A stretch of DNA of 63,101 nt, counting the filler, from Reticulomyxa filosa (Eukaryota; Protista; Foraminifera): the NCBI GenBank assembly GCA_000512085.1. It is 19 parts of 19 records of this genome, joined end to end, with 100 filler letters (N's around TTAATTAATTAA, not from the genome) between each part and the next. Parts side by side here need not be neighbours in the genome. Positions count along the whole stretch, not along the records: positions 1 to 3,221 come from ASPP01020910.1; positions 3,322 to 6,998 come from ASPP01019298.1; positions 7,099 to 8,783 come from ASPP01025085.1; positions 8,884 to 12,583 come from ASPP01020889.1; 15 more parts are not named here. One strand, 5' to 3'. Of the stretch, positions 1 through 12,583 are shown in pieces. How positions within the stretch are numbered: the first letter of the stretch is position 1; every line of letters begins with the position of its first letter. Both the position numbers and the translations under genes were made by a program. The notes under the pieces were generated by a model. It worked only from the letters and a program-made list of their open reading frames with translations. It was not told the DNA's origin and made no database searches.

Positions 1-1440
1 GATGATGACGATGATGATAACAATAATAATAATGAAGAAGAAGAAGACATTGAGGAAATAGAAAAACAACAAACTGTAGGGAAAGAGAATGAAAGTGATG
101 AGAGAAACAACACCAACGTGGAACGGAACGACTCAAGGAATTTGACCAATACATTTGTAGGACCGTCGACAGTGTCATGGCTTCCAAGCACACAAAATAC
201 ATTGGCTTCGCAAAGACAACGAGAGCTATTGCATGGCACCTCCACGTTCGACACTCCCAAGAGTACCTTCAATCCTGTTCAAGTGCCGAATAAATTGTCT
301 CCAAAGATTCAAACGCCACAAATCGACGGACAAATCCTCTTTGCTAATTTAGCAAGAGAGTCAATAGTTTTGTATATATGTACATATATGTATATGTACA
401 TGTATACGTATAAGTAAATTATTACCAATTAAAATCCATTTTCATAAAAAAAAAAAAAAAAAAAGCATGCAAAAACATTTGGTGGCATGTCCGAGTCTCA
501 ATTGGAAGACGCGATGGACGACTCGGTGGTGCAATCCCCGATGATATTACCTGCCCCTTATCCCGGTATAATGAACTACGTACCTCAAACAATGAACAAC
601 ACGAACGTAGTTCCATTGGTCCCCCACATTGCTGAGGACGAGCCATATCAAAGGCCTGGCGTAGATATGATTGGACATGCGCACAACGACAAGGATCAGT
701 CTCCTTCCCCATGGACCGAAAGCGAATCGACACAATTTCCACAGCCACCCGCTGCACGAAAGGTCCCCGTTGCAATCCACGAGCTAGTTCAAATTGTGGG
801 GTCCGACAGCTCCATGCCCGATCTTCCCTCCAGTCGCTATCGTGGCATCACGACCGACTCATCTTCGTTCCAGTTTGTCGTGGACAAAGATCGACAGACC
901 CAAAAGTGGCCTTTGGCAATGCAATACCCGATCCCTGTCACAAAAATCAACATCCCTGACAATAAGGCCTCCGCACCTCATCGTCCTCCCAATGCCGCCT
1001 ATCATCACCCAAGTGGACCCTCCGCCACCAACAACGCACGATCTCAAACTACCGTCACAAATGCGCGCAATTGGAATGGTGACCCTTTGGATCGTGATCA
1101 TGATCCGACCGAGTCCGGCACCCAAACCTTCTCCTTGTTGCAAGGGAATATGGCTTTGAGTGGAAAGAATCGTATCAAAGAACCACCTTCACTAGCAAAA
1201 GTTCATCGTTGATGTTGTACATATGTGTTTTTGTGTATACACGTATGCGTAACCCTTCAAAACAAACAAACAAACAAAAAGGAGTCATTTTATCCGCAAG
1301 GAGACTCCAGCGTAATGATACGAGACCCTACGTCTGGTGATTTGACAGAGACTCATCGAACCAATACACATGCAGACATGTTCTCCCAACAGTTTGAAAA
1401 TGACAATACTGGAACAAAACAACACGTCGTTTCCCTCTGA
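1..1440 (+). CDS. Hypothetical low-complexity (acidic, Pro/Ser/Thr-rich) protein, 5'-partial, about 3 exons
   Basis: Frame open from 1. An intron of about 352/367-465 (TA-rich, ending A-run+AG) joins in phase 0 to the 487..1212 ORF. A probable second intron at about 1201-1281 leads to the stop at 1440. No family motif recognised. Confidence 0.55.
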
Positions 1441-2789
1441 ATCGGAAACGGCAAAATTATGTTTAAAATTATTTTTTTTTGGGATCATTCAACATTTTCT
1501 TGTTTTTTTCTTCCCTCTAGTTGGACCATGTAGCGATTGAAAACCAGTTTTCATTGGGGGCTTAATTGCTTGTACACATCAATGGTCATTTTTTGTTTAT
1601 GAATTGTTTTATTTTTGCTTGTTGTGTATGTTATATTGTTTTTTTTTACTTTTTTAAGTGATTTTCATTTTTTTTCTTTGACACCAAAAAAGCAAACTTT
1701 TCCAGACCAGCAACAAAAATTATTGTTTTCTCTATCTGATCTACATTTTTAGAAACGTTTCAACAGTTTACCATTTTTTTTGTGAGCTGAAACAGTCAAT
1801 AACTGACACTATATTGAAATTTTCAACTTTTTCTAAATCGAAACAAAATTAACTGTTAAATATCTTTGTGAAAAAGAATCGTTTTCACTTATGTTTCCAC
1901 AAATCCGTAATGTACAGAATACAAATTTTCGCATTTTAAGAGAAAAAAAAAGATTTGGTCCGCAATCAATTAGTCAACAAAGATTATTGCGGCGTCATTT
2001 CATTTTTGATATTTTTTAGCCAAAAGTATACTAAAAAGCTGGCTACGACCCGAAATTTCGCAACCAGTTTTTTTTAAGTCCGAAGTGCAAAAAACACCCC
2101 GTTTTTTTGGGGGAATCAATAAAGCAATCTCGAAAGCAACTATTGGCGAATAATTGCCAAGACACAATAAACAAATTCATACAGACCATTTCCAAAATAA
2201 AAAAAGATGAATGATTCACCAGCGGACGCAGGTTTGTTGTTGTGCGGTTGTGTGTCATCATTTCAATACTAAAAAATGTGAGCAATAATTAGCTTTGTTT
2301 TTGTCCTCAACATTTGCAATCTGACGGCGTCTCCAACTTCAACGGCAAAACATATTTGGCAAAACTGTGTTTCCATTCTTATCCATCCATTGCTCAATAA
2401 AATTCATTGTATGTGGGATCCCTATGCTCTGGGATTTCGTTCGACCTACACAATTTTTTTTTGGTTTGATATTTTTGTAAACTGTTTGAAGGAGAGGAGG
2501 GAGGGGGAGAAGAGAGGGAAAAAAAAATAAATTCGGATTTGCGAGATTTGTGTTTTACTTTGAGCAAGCAAAGCTCGGACTGTGTGTGTTGTCCATTTTT
2601 TTGGAAAAGCGATTGAAATTGAAATAAACTTTTGAATGTGTGTTGTATAAATAAATGTATAAATATATAAATTGTCTCCAACACAGCGCCAATGGCAATT
2701 TGTGAATGAGCCTGTACGTGCGAACTGAATCGTAACAAATGTCTCGATCAATATAATGGCATTTCTAAAAAAAAAAAAAAAAAAAAAAG

Positions 2790-3221
2790 GAAAATGACAA
2801 TAACGAAGATGTGTTGTTCCCATTGCCAATAAAAATGGGTGCAGGACACGACGAGCAGGGCAACCCCCACGCAACATCGGGCGATGTACATGGACATTAT
2901 GCGAATGGCCATCTGTTGCTGATGGGCAACGACAATAGGACCGGCCATAGCATGCATGGCGTCGGTGACATGGGAGACGATGTGATGATGGCCATGATGG
3001 GTCCTTCCACTCATCCCGCCCCTGCCGAAGAGGAAATTGAAGAGGGCGATGTTCTCATGCCGTTACAAGTGGAATCTACCACTGCTGACGAATCCTCACA
3101 TTTACAACCGCAACCTCCACAAGCACAAGCACAATTGCAATCGAAATCGCAAATACAAACACAAACACAATTGCATTCACAACCACCACCACCACCACCA
3201 TCACCACAGTCACATGAACTT
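2790..3221 (+). CDS. Hypothetical protein exon (His/Gly/Met-rich, then Gln/Pro-rich), 3'-partial
   Basis: Open frame from an A-run/AG acceptor at about 2789 to the contig end, with coding-like composition. Confidence 0.45.
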
Positions 3222-3321
3222 NNNNNNNNNNNNNNNNNNNNNNNNNNNNNNNNNNNNNNNNNNNNTTAATTAATTAANNNNNNNNNNNNNNNNNNNNNNN
3301 NNNNNNNNNNNNNNNNNNNNN
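3222..3321. other. Artificial contig spacer N44-TTAATTAATTAA-N44, first of 18. The others start at 6999, 8784, 12584, 19380, 20855, 22925, 25087, 28464, 31153, 34782, 36983, 43729, 47008, 51657, 55736, 60700 and 61857.
   Basis: Identical 100-bp block each time. The 12-mer has stops in all six frames, and genes are cut at these points. Confidence 0.98.
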
Positions 3322-3837
3322 ATGAAAATTTTACACAAAATACTTTAGATAAATATTTTTTGAATAATTCAACTTCTTTGTTATTGTCAATATCCCATAT
3401 ACGAACCGTTTTATCATATGATCCAGAACAAATGAGTTGACAATCGTCAAATGTAGAATGATCAATACCATACACTGCGCTGTTATGGCGAGTGAATGTA
3501 TTGGTTAATTTGGATGATGAGAAATAAATATCAAATACGAAGATATTATCTTCCTATGTAATATTTAAATATTATTTAGTTTTTTAAAAAAAACAAACAA
3601 AGAACTAACATAATCTGCAATAATTTTATTAAATTCATTAATCCACCCAAATTTGACCTGCAATAATCTGATCCAATGTTGCACAATCACTTGAATCTTT
3701 TCTTCTTCAGACTGTTTGATCACAAATTACATACGACAAATAAAACAATAAAAAAAGAAAAAGACTTTCTGAAAGCTTGTAATAAAGCTTACCAACGCTA
3801 GTTGTATTGAGGTTCGTTCATTTCTAAGAGTTGTCAT
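3322..3837 (-). CDS. WD40-repeat protein, 3'-partial; exons 3837-3793, 3711-3610, 3553-<3322
   Basis: GT-AG introns splice in frame to give MTTLRNERTSIQLAL/SEEEKIQVIVQHWIRLLQVKFGWINEFNKIIADY/EDNIF...HNSAVYGIDHSTFDDCQLICSGSYDKTVRIWD, a canonical WD repeat. Confidence 0.9.
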
Positions 3838-6528
3838 TTTTGATGACGTAAAATTAATGATATTTAGCTTTTTTTGTATCAAGTGCAACGAAAGGGAGTT
3901 TTCGAAAATAGATTTTAACAACGCATGATATTCTTTTTCAACGAAGATTAGAAATTTTTTTAAAGAACTTTTTCAAAACTGAGAAATAGATTTTTTATAA
4001 AAATATTTAAGTGCTTGAAGTTATTTTTTGATTCATTTAAAGATCGAATATATAAATCATTGGATATTATAAAAATAATTAATTCCTTCAGATTATGGAA
4101 GAAGAAAGCATTAGAAATCCTTCTTTTGTCAAAAAAGTAAAATACAAGCTTTTATTTTTTTTAACTAATCGGGGTCACTGTTTATTATTCTAAAAAAAAA
4201 ACAATTATCTCCATATATAAAAATTTATTGCATTCTAATATAATTTATAATAATTTTGTTAGAAAATTCGAAAAGTTGTTTAAAAATTTGCAATTTTTGA
4301 ATCGATTCTACAATATACGTTTATATGAACATATATAATGTTTTTGTTAGTATAGATTGGTCTCTTGAAGTAACATATTATTGTTTTTTTCGAGAAATAC
4401 AACAAAATCAAACTGAATTATAGATTTTTTTAGTCGTTGAGCTGCAAAATGGTAGTGCAAAAAAAAAAAAAAAGAGCGTCAAAAAACTCGTCAAAAACAA
4501 AATTACAAAATTCCAATAATTCAAAAAAGAGAACCCAATCAAAATGCTATTTCCTGCATTTTTTCTTTATTCTCTTCTCTTTTTTTCTTATCGTTGTGCA
4601 CTTCGTAGTTGTGTGCAGCTTTGAGTTTTTGTTCACAAGTTGGATTTGTTTATTTGTCTAAAGCAGCAATTTGGTTCTAAGTAACTAAATAAAAAAAACC
4701 AATCAGGTACCTTTTAGTTAATGACTGACAAATGAATGTGGGTGCTCACTGTACGTACAGATCATGTGTACTTCCTTGATCATACAAAGGTCCATTAAAC
4801 AGTTTATCATCTTCAACATAAATAATAATAATAAATTTTTTTATCTTAAATCAATTTCATTCTATTTTTATTCACGAATCTTGAGCACGTATTGATTGAA
4901 CTTATTTATTCTTTTTAAAGTCTTGCACGTTAATCTGGGATTATATGATTGCAGAAATGGTACCATTGATGCATTTACAAAAGATTTCTGTTGTCTGATG
5001 TTTGAAATCCACAAGCTATTCAATTGATTAGTACTATTTTAACGTATAAATAATCAATGGTTGCGTTTATACCACGATTCTTACTGATTGATATGAACGG
5101 ATCATTATGATCAAAAAAACTTTATATGGCAAAAACAGTTTTGGATGATTTAATTTACTTTTTTTTTTTGATTTACAGATAATAAAAAAATGAATGTTGT
5201 TTGCAACCTAAAAATTGGCCTTTTTTGATGAAGTTTGCTGAACGTAGAAGTTGTATTACCAAATGGGAAAAAAAAAAATGAAATTATATGATATTACATG
5301 AAACCCAAAGCATCTAGCAGTAATCACAGTAATAACGGAGCAATATTATTTTTCTTGTAAATACAAATCCGAAACTGAGCAAAAGTCAATGGGATTTAAA
5401 CTGATGACAAGACAGTAAGCAAGACTGCTGACTTGTGTTGATAAGATCTTGTTTCCAGCCAATGCGTTGGTATCACTGAATGAGCACGATAGCAATCAAG
5501 TATAATGCATATGTACAAATATTGCAAACTGCACGAAATACTTTGCGTCTCAAGGAAGTTTGCGGCGTGTCCAGCTTCAAACATGCCCACGTGCTCCTTT
5601 TACCCAACGTCCAATCCACCCGCCTTCAACGGGATTGGTTGCTTTATATTGTATAACGCCAGACGGAGCACTGGTGTAGCTCGCTTCGTTTAGCATCTGA
5701 GACAATATCAAAAATAAGTTGGCTCGAATCCATGGCTGTTTTAGTGTCCTCTTACATACTACAAACGCTGTGTTCACCAGATAGATTTGCATCCGTTGTA
5801 CCAGAGTAGTCCGTTTCAGATTTTTATTTATGATTGATATACCGAGCTGGAACGCTAAAACCTTTCACAAGATAGTACGCTTTAATTTGTTTAATGATGT
5901 GTCAACTACCTCTTGAAGGTCAGGAGGCAACTTAATCTTATTACTCATTGCTCCTTAATTTTAATTTATTTTTTTTTTAACAGGTTGAACGAAGCTTATC
6001 TTTATTTTAATAGTGAAGCTACGTTTTGTTATTTTATTATCTTTACTTTAATTATTTATTACACAGAAAATGAAGAAAAAACTCCCAATGTCGCACAACA
6101 ACCACAACCAAATAGTCCTTTTCTTTGCTTGGACATAAAATCCTCTTTTATTGAAAAATATTAAGTATTTTTGTTTTTATTTTGCAGACGAACATGTTAT
6201 ATCGGAAGAAGAAACAGTTGTAGTTAATGAACCAAAAGTGTTAACACCAGTGGAACACAGCATAATACTGCTGGAGAAGAACTGTAAATGCAAAAGAAAG
6301 CAAAAACGCAGGAAATAGCATTTTGCCTTTTTTTTGAATTGATATAAATAAAAAAAAATGCTTTTTGTTGTAATTTTGTAATTTTGTGAGACTATTTTGC
6401 AGCTCAACGCTTTTTCTTCCAATCTTCGATCATTAAAATAATGTAATAAAGTGACTCAAAAACTAAACTTCAATACTGAAAGTTCAAATCTCTATCAATA
6501 AACATCTCTGACGAATGCGAATATCAGA

Positions 6529-6998
6529 AATGGATTTGATAGAATTGCTTTTGTGGGTGTCGCACAAATCTGATTGGCGGAGTGGACTGTGAAGACATGA
6601 TAAGACGCCTGACGGAGGCGAGAAACAACAAGCCTGGGAAAGAGGTGAGTCTGCGAGAGAATGACATTGAAAAACTGTGCGTGAAAGCGGATGAGATTTT
6701 ATTGGAGCAGCCAATGCTGCTGGACATCACCGCCCCGATCAAAATTGTCGGAGACATACACGGCCAGTTTTTTGATCTTTTGCGTTTGTTCAAGTTAGGT
6801 GATGCCCCTCAGTCCACGAGTTACATTTTCTTAGGTTCATAAAACCTACTCCCTTTTTTTTTTATGGCAACTCAATGTATACGTACAAAAAAAAAGGGGA
6901 TCATGTAGATCGCGGCAAACAGTCACTGATGCCACTTTGTTTCAAATCGAAATACACAAAATTGTTTTATTTGCTGCGGGAGCAATCACGAGTGTGCG
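6529..6998 (+). pseudogene. PP1-type Ser/Thr phosphatase catalytic subunit, probably disabled, 3'-partial
   Basis: Reads LLEQPMLLDITAPIKIVGDIHGQFFDLLRLF, then intron 6835-6896, then GDHVDRGKQSL. About 4 codons are missing relative to PP1 SLETICLLLAYKIKY, and a +1 frameshift falls in the RGNHE motif (cgg g[a]gc aat cac gag). Confidence 0.8.
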
Positions 6999-7098
6999 NN
7001 NNNNNNNNNNNNNNNNNNNNNNNNNNNNNNNNNNNNNNNNNNTTAATTAATTAANNNNNNNNNNNNNNNNNNNNNNNNNNNNNNNNNNNNNNNNNNNN

Positions 7099-8505
7099 CC
7101 ATCGGCGATTTTGAAGCGCAAAGGGTCATACTGAATGAAATTGACTGGCCATTGACTCAGAACGACCAAAGCCGATTGCTGGACATCGGCGGAGGCCTCT
7201 TCCTCGGAGGCGACATATCGCACGATAATGCGTTGGTTTTGTGGGTCATTTTGAATGGGAAGGATGGCCCTCCATCGTTTGAGATTCAAGTCATAGGCAC
7301 CAAATCCCAATCGCAGATTGGAAAACTTGTCATGCGCTTCTTCATACGACAAGGGCGTCTGTTCTTGGAAAACCTCGGACACATCGCTGACTAAATTGGA
7401 CGAGATATCCCCTGCTTCCTCTTCCTCGTCTTCTTCGGCTTTGGCTTCGACTTCTGCTTTTGCTTCGACTTCGGCTTGGTCGTCTTCGTACTCTCGATCG
7501 ATTTCCCGGTTTATTGTGTCAATGTCAGCACACTGCCCCGTATCACTACCGCCACTACCGCTAGACGTTCGTCCACGCAAAGTGTTGTTCATGTTGACAT
7601 TGCTGTCGTCGTTGTCGACAAACTGTTGCGCTTCCACGTCATAGTTACGGTCCATGGCTGATGGCGGGGGTTCCCCCCCATATCCGCGGCCAAACTTTCT
7701 TGGATTGCTCGCTCGAGCATCTCTTGTTCGTCATCGACGTTCACTGGGAAGTAGTCCATCCCGCCATTGCCGACGTATTGATCGCGCATATTTCTGGACA
7801 GGCCCCCATCGTCCCAAGGGTGAGGTCCGTACTCTGGACCAAAATCTTGGCCGGGTAAGGTTAGCGCTTTCATATCACCCGTACCGCTCGTCGAAGGAGT
7901 CGTGTTCACATTATTACCGCTTTTGTCCTCTCTTGCATTCTCCTTATTCTTATTCGTACTCGTGTTCGTACTCGTGTTTGCTTCATTCCCTTTGTCGTTG
8001 CTACGTGCATCGGCTGTTTTCCCGTCTGACGCACGTGCGTTTATCAATTTTCAATTGTAGGTCCCAACCCCTCTCTCTCTCTTAGTTAAAAATAGTTTCA
8101 AATATATTTGGTATTTTTTTTTTTTTTTTTTTAAAAAAAACAATACAAAAATACCATTGCTGCCTTTGTTGTCGTTATTATTATTATTGTCATTGTTATT
8201 ATTATTATCATTATTGTTTTTATTATTGTTATTATTATTATTATTATTATTGTCATTTTTGTTATTGTTATTTTTATTGTTATTGTCTTTCTTTTTACGC
8301 CTGTTTTCCTCTTCTTCTCTTTGCTTTTTTCGCATATCTCGCTCTGTTCGGTCCTTCTCTGCTTGTTTGTGGGCTTGGGCCAACATTTGCTCGTCCAGCT
8401 CCGTCCGATGGATTTGATGTTCCAAGTTTTCCTCCATAAACGGATCAAAATCAAACACCAACGGAAACGTAAATTGTTTGTCGTATTTTGTGCGTTCGAA
8501 TGTAC
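7099..8505 (-). CDS. UIM-containing protein, possibly an internal fragment of a ubiquitin-specific protease
   Basis: UIM-like DDEQEMLERAIQESLA (about 7690-7737). The exon starting at about 8504 reads TFERTKYDKQFTFPLVFDFDPF, resembling the USP KxxxxFxFPxxLD box. There is an apparent 1-nt frameshift in a G7/C5 run at about 7665-7680. Confidence 0.45.
8175..8287. repeat. (TTA/TTG)n trinucleotide tract encoding poly-Asn on the minus strand
   Basis: Directly visible. Confidence 0.9.
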
Positions 8506-8883
8506 TATTTTTATTTTATCACGCACGTGTATGTATGTATGTATGTGTGAACGTCTTTGTGCATGTTAGTGCTCAAGCCAATCATATTGCACTAAAACGG
8601 AGAGGGAGATATCATTATTTAATTCTTGCACATCCAAAAGTGTAATGGAATATGTGTGTGTATGTGTGTGTGTAATGCATAATATTATTTATTCCAACTG
8701 ATTGTATAAAAATCAGTTACTTTTTTTTTTTTTAGTGATATATATATACGCACATATACAAGCATATATGTTATAAATATACANNNNNNNNNNNNNNNNN
8801 NNNNNNNNNNNNNNNNNNNNNNNNNNNTTAATTAATTAANNNNNNNNNNNNNNNNNNNNNNNNNNNNNNNNNNNNNNNNNNNN

Positions 8884-10472
8884 GGTTTCAATTCCAACTC
8901 CAACTCCAACTCCAATTCCAATTATAATCCTTATCCTCAGTCCCATCCTTACACCTTCCAACAGTCTTATCATCCCCACAATCACTCCATCAAACGCATC
9001 AGCATTTCCAACGCGGACGCCTTCCAACCCGAAGAGCGGGTGTTTGTGCATCGAGAGAGCGTGCAGAACAAGGAAAAAAAGCAGACGAGCAATGAAAGTG
9101 ACGCGGAGAAGACTGAGGAACTCACTCCGAAAAAAAATTGGATTGATAACAATGAAAACTCGCCAAAGAATAACATTGAAGATGAACATGAACATGAACA
9201 TGAACACGAGCACGAACATGTCACGAAAAAAGTGTTTAGCAATTACTTTTATTCTCATCAATCTGACCTTGCCAATGTCACCGCGTTTTCGACCCCAAAA
9301 GACAAGTCGGCCAATCGTAACTTTAATATTCGCGGCGGTGGTAGTGGGATGCAGCCTGTTTCTACAGCTGAATTGAGTGTCACTCGAAGTACTAGTACTC
9401 ATCGCAATAACAACTACTATCACTCTCCCAAGCCACGCAAAATGGTGTCGCCAACTTTTGATACCAAAAAGTTAGTTAGTTATTACAGTTACATATCTTT
9501 TTTTTTTTTTTTTTTTTTATTGTATGTACATATATATATTCGACCTACGTATACACATGTACGTATAACATATTTGCATACACACACACACACACATACG
9601 TACAACGCATGCCCAAAAAAGCTTCGTTTTGAAAGTGATCAATTCGTCCCGAAAAACTTTGACATTTAATAACCTCGGCTTGTTTATGAAATATATCCAT
9701 GTCGCCGACGCCTTTTGGCAAAAAAAAATCGAACCGGAAAACGAGAAAAACTATACGCAGTTGCATGAACAAACGATTGACGCCTTGGGATGCACTGAGA
9801 AATATAAAGAGGAGTCTTCTGAATTAAATCGTATTTATTGGAATTATTCCATTTCCATCAACTTTGTTCACTTATTTGCTCAATGCTTTCACTTGCTTCG
9901 GGAGTTTGTTTTGAATTCACCAACCCATTATACCCGTCGCAGGCAAGACAGCACTCCTGTCGCTGCTGCTAAAGAGGTGCATCGCAAAAGTCAAACGATG
10001 AAAATCCAAATCCGCGATACCAGAGTTTTGTTTTGCGCCTAAAATTATTGACAGATAATAGACATAAAGAATTTATGCAAAAAAAAAAAAAAAAAAAGAT
10101 AAAATTTGCATTTGCCCTTTCAATGTATTTTTATTGTCTTGATAGGGAGAAATAGAATTTAATAACTTTGTTAAGAAGATGCACGAAATTGGGACATTGT
10201 ATCAAAAATACAAACTGAGCGAAAGTTTATTTCATGCCATTATTATCAGTTTTTTGAAAGTATTGTCCACACGCTATAGTGATGACTTCCAGGAACGAGA
10301 AAAATCGGCAATGTTTGTCGTTTTGAAACTGGCTGTCAAGTGCATGTTTAATCAAACAACTACAACCACAACAAACACAACTCAGACCAAGAACGATGGT
10401 ATTCCCCCTTTGGTTTCTTCACCTCAAGGAAATAATGTGGGAAATACCAATCACAATTTAGACTCAGCCTAG
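8884..10472 (+). CDS. Protein with a C-terminal globin-like domain, 5'-partial; exons <8884-9470, 9622-9976, 10146-10472
   Basis: Both GT-AG introns join in frame. ADAFWQKKI fits the A-helix Trp, and MHEIGTLYQKYKLSESLFHAIIISFLKVLSTRYSDDFQEREKSAMFVVLKLAVKCM fits the F-G-H helix pattern of 3/3 globins. Confidence 0.6.
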
Positions 10473-11154
10473 AATATCATCACCAAACAAAAAAATCAAA
10501 AACAAATAAAAAAAGCTAACGTGTGGATCACAGCAAATGATTATATTCATTTGCTTTTTTTTTTTCTTTACTTTTTATTAATGTTGACTGTTTGAAAAAA
10601 ACAAACAGAAGAAACAAAAAGCTTGTGTTTGAATTTGCTGTGCATACTCGTCTTGTTTTGTTTATTTTTTTTATTTTTTTATTTTTTTTGCTTTGTTTGA
10701 AAAGGGTGAGGGTGTATGTAGGTTACTTTTCTTCTAAGGATATAATGTTTGGTGCATCGATTTTTTGCATCGATTCTCTTTCAATGATATCTTTTACTCA
10801 AGTCAGTACTCAAACAGATTTTTTTTTGCGAGCGTGAAATGTGCATTTTTTTTTTAATTCTAAGGCAACATATAAAAAAAAACAATGTTTTGAAGACTTA
10901 CCAAAATTTGGAGAGAAAACAACCAAACCAAAAAGTACAATCAAAAAAAAGTTCGAAACTCGTGATGAACCACACCTTGTCTAAGGAAGGAAAAGAAAAA
11001 GAAAAGAAGAGAGAGGGAAGAAAAAGATGCAAAACAAAAATCCTCACGTTTGCACATTCATATAAAGCATTCGTAAGAACAAGAAACTGAAATAAAATAA
11101 AGACAAACAACAACAAAAAAACAAGACAAACGAATGTTAGAAAAAGTTTAATAT

Positions 11155-12545
11155 TTAAAATTGGAACACTTGGTTTAGAGAAAAATCATCTGTATTGACA
11201 CTTATTTCTTCAGAAGCATTGAAATCCTCATTATGTTGAAATTCGTCATCAGGCCAAAATTTGGCATGTAAATCAGAAGCCATGTTAAAACATCGTTCGG
11301 ATACAGAATCACAAACTTGAATATTTTCTAGAAGCTTTAATCCTCCCAATTGCTCTACCTTCTCAACAAATGGATTGTTTGCACCTTCTGACTTCCCAAT
11401 GTGTTTATTGAAATTGGTCAAACAGCGATCCAGTCCTTCCATTCCCATAATAAGTAGTTGTTCAACAGTGACGTATTCCAAAAATCCAATCATTATCTCA
11501 AGAGCACCGTATGTTACTAATGTACTCAATTGTTCACATGTTGCCATATGAATTGCGTTCATTAAGCAACAGCCTGCTTCTTTGCAAATAACGATATCTT
11601 GAGACCAACACAGCTCGATTATCTTTCTGTATATGTTGTATAAAATTATGTGCACATACATATATGCATATATATATATTTTTTTAATGGATTGATTTGT
11701 TTTTACTTGACAAGCATATCTCGTTTGAAAAACTCCTCGAATTGATCAACGGTACCAGCAATGACATTGGATAAAGTAAAACACGATTCTCTTTGAATAC
11801 TCTTGACATGGTGGTTCAAACACATTCCAATGACATCAAAAAATCCTGCTTTAACAATTTCGGTCGTTTGTCGATCCGATCCCCTCACAATATTCCCCAC
11901 AATGCGAATGCACGGTGACAACAGGCAATCACTTAAAAATATGTTTTGCCGAAGATCAATGGGGAAAAGATCTTCTACCCTCTCACCCTCGCGTATCGCG
12001 ACCATTTCCAGCTAAATATGCACATTAGTCAAAGTTATTGATTTTTTTTTTTTTTTTTGGGTACGTATACATGATCGCAAACAAAAAATTACACATACAC
12101 ACAAAACTTCTTCAATCTTAGTTGCGGCCTCTTGTTCTAATTGTTGAGCATACTTAATATAATAAATAACATGTTTGATAATTCCAGTTTCAATAACTGC
12201 ACTGACTTGAAAAGATTCTTTGGTTTTGTGTTCTTCGCAATTGTTGTTCCAACACTCGTCGTCTTCATTGTCATCTTCATCGTTGTTGTCGTCATCGTCA
12301 TCATCATCATCCTCCTTCTCCTCGTTATGATCGCTCAAAAAGGACATTGCCCATAGAATGTCGACAATAATTTCAAAGTCTTTTGTTTCCGCAATTAGTT
12401 GCGACAATGGCTTCAATAATTTCGACACTCGTGCCCACTCTGGAGAGGGTTTCCCACGACAAAAATTACTTAATGTCCACACGGCATTGCGTTTCATTTC
12501 GTCTGGAAACGTATTTAAATTTTTCAGGATATACTCCATCACGTC
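11155..12545 (-). CDS. Importin subunit alpha (ARM repeats), 5'-partial, at least 3 exons
   Basis: Motifs RNAVWTLSNFCRGKPSP, DILWAMSFLSD, PCIRIVGNIVRGSDRQT and RESCFTLSNVIAG, plus NPFVEKVEQLGGLKLLENIQ and a C-terminal FQF. Confidence 0.9.
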
Positions 12546-12547
12546 CG

Positions 12548-12583
<36 letters not shown>

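Noticed and set aside
3266-3277. Recurrent palindrome TTAATTAATTAA as a biological repeat or recombination site
   Set aside because: It is always centred in exactly 88 Ns, so it is a synthetic six-frame-stop linker.
9629-9669. Frameshift in the globin-like gene
   Set aside because: The phase-2 intron 9471-9621 joins the two ORFs in frame.
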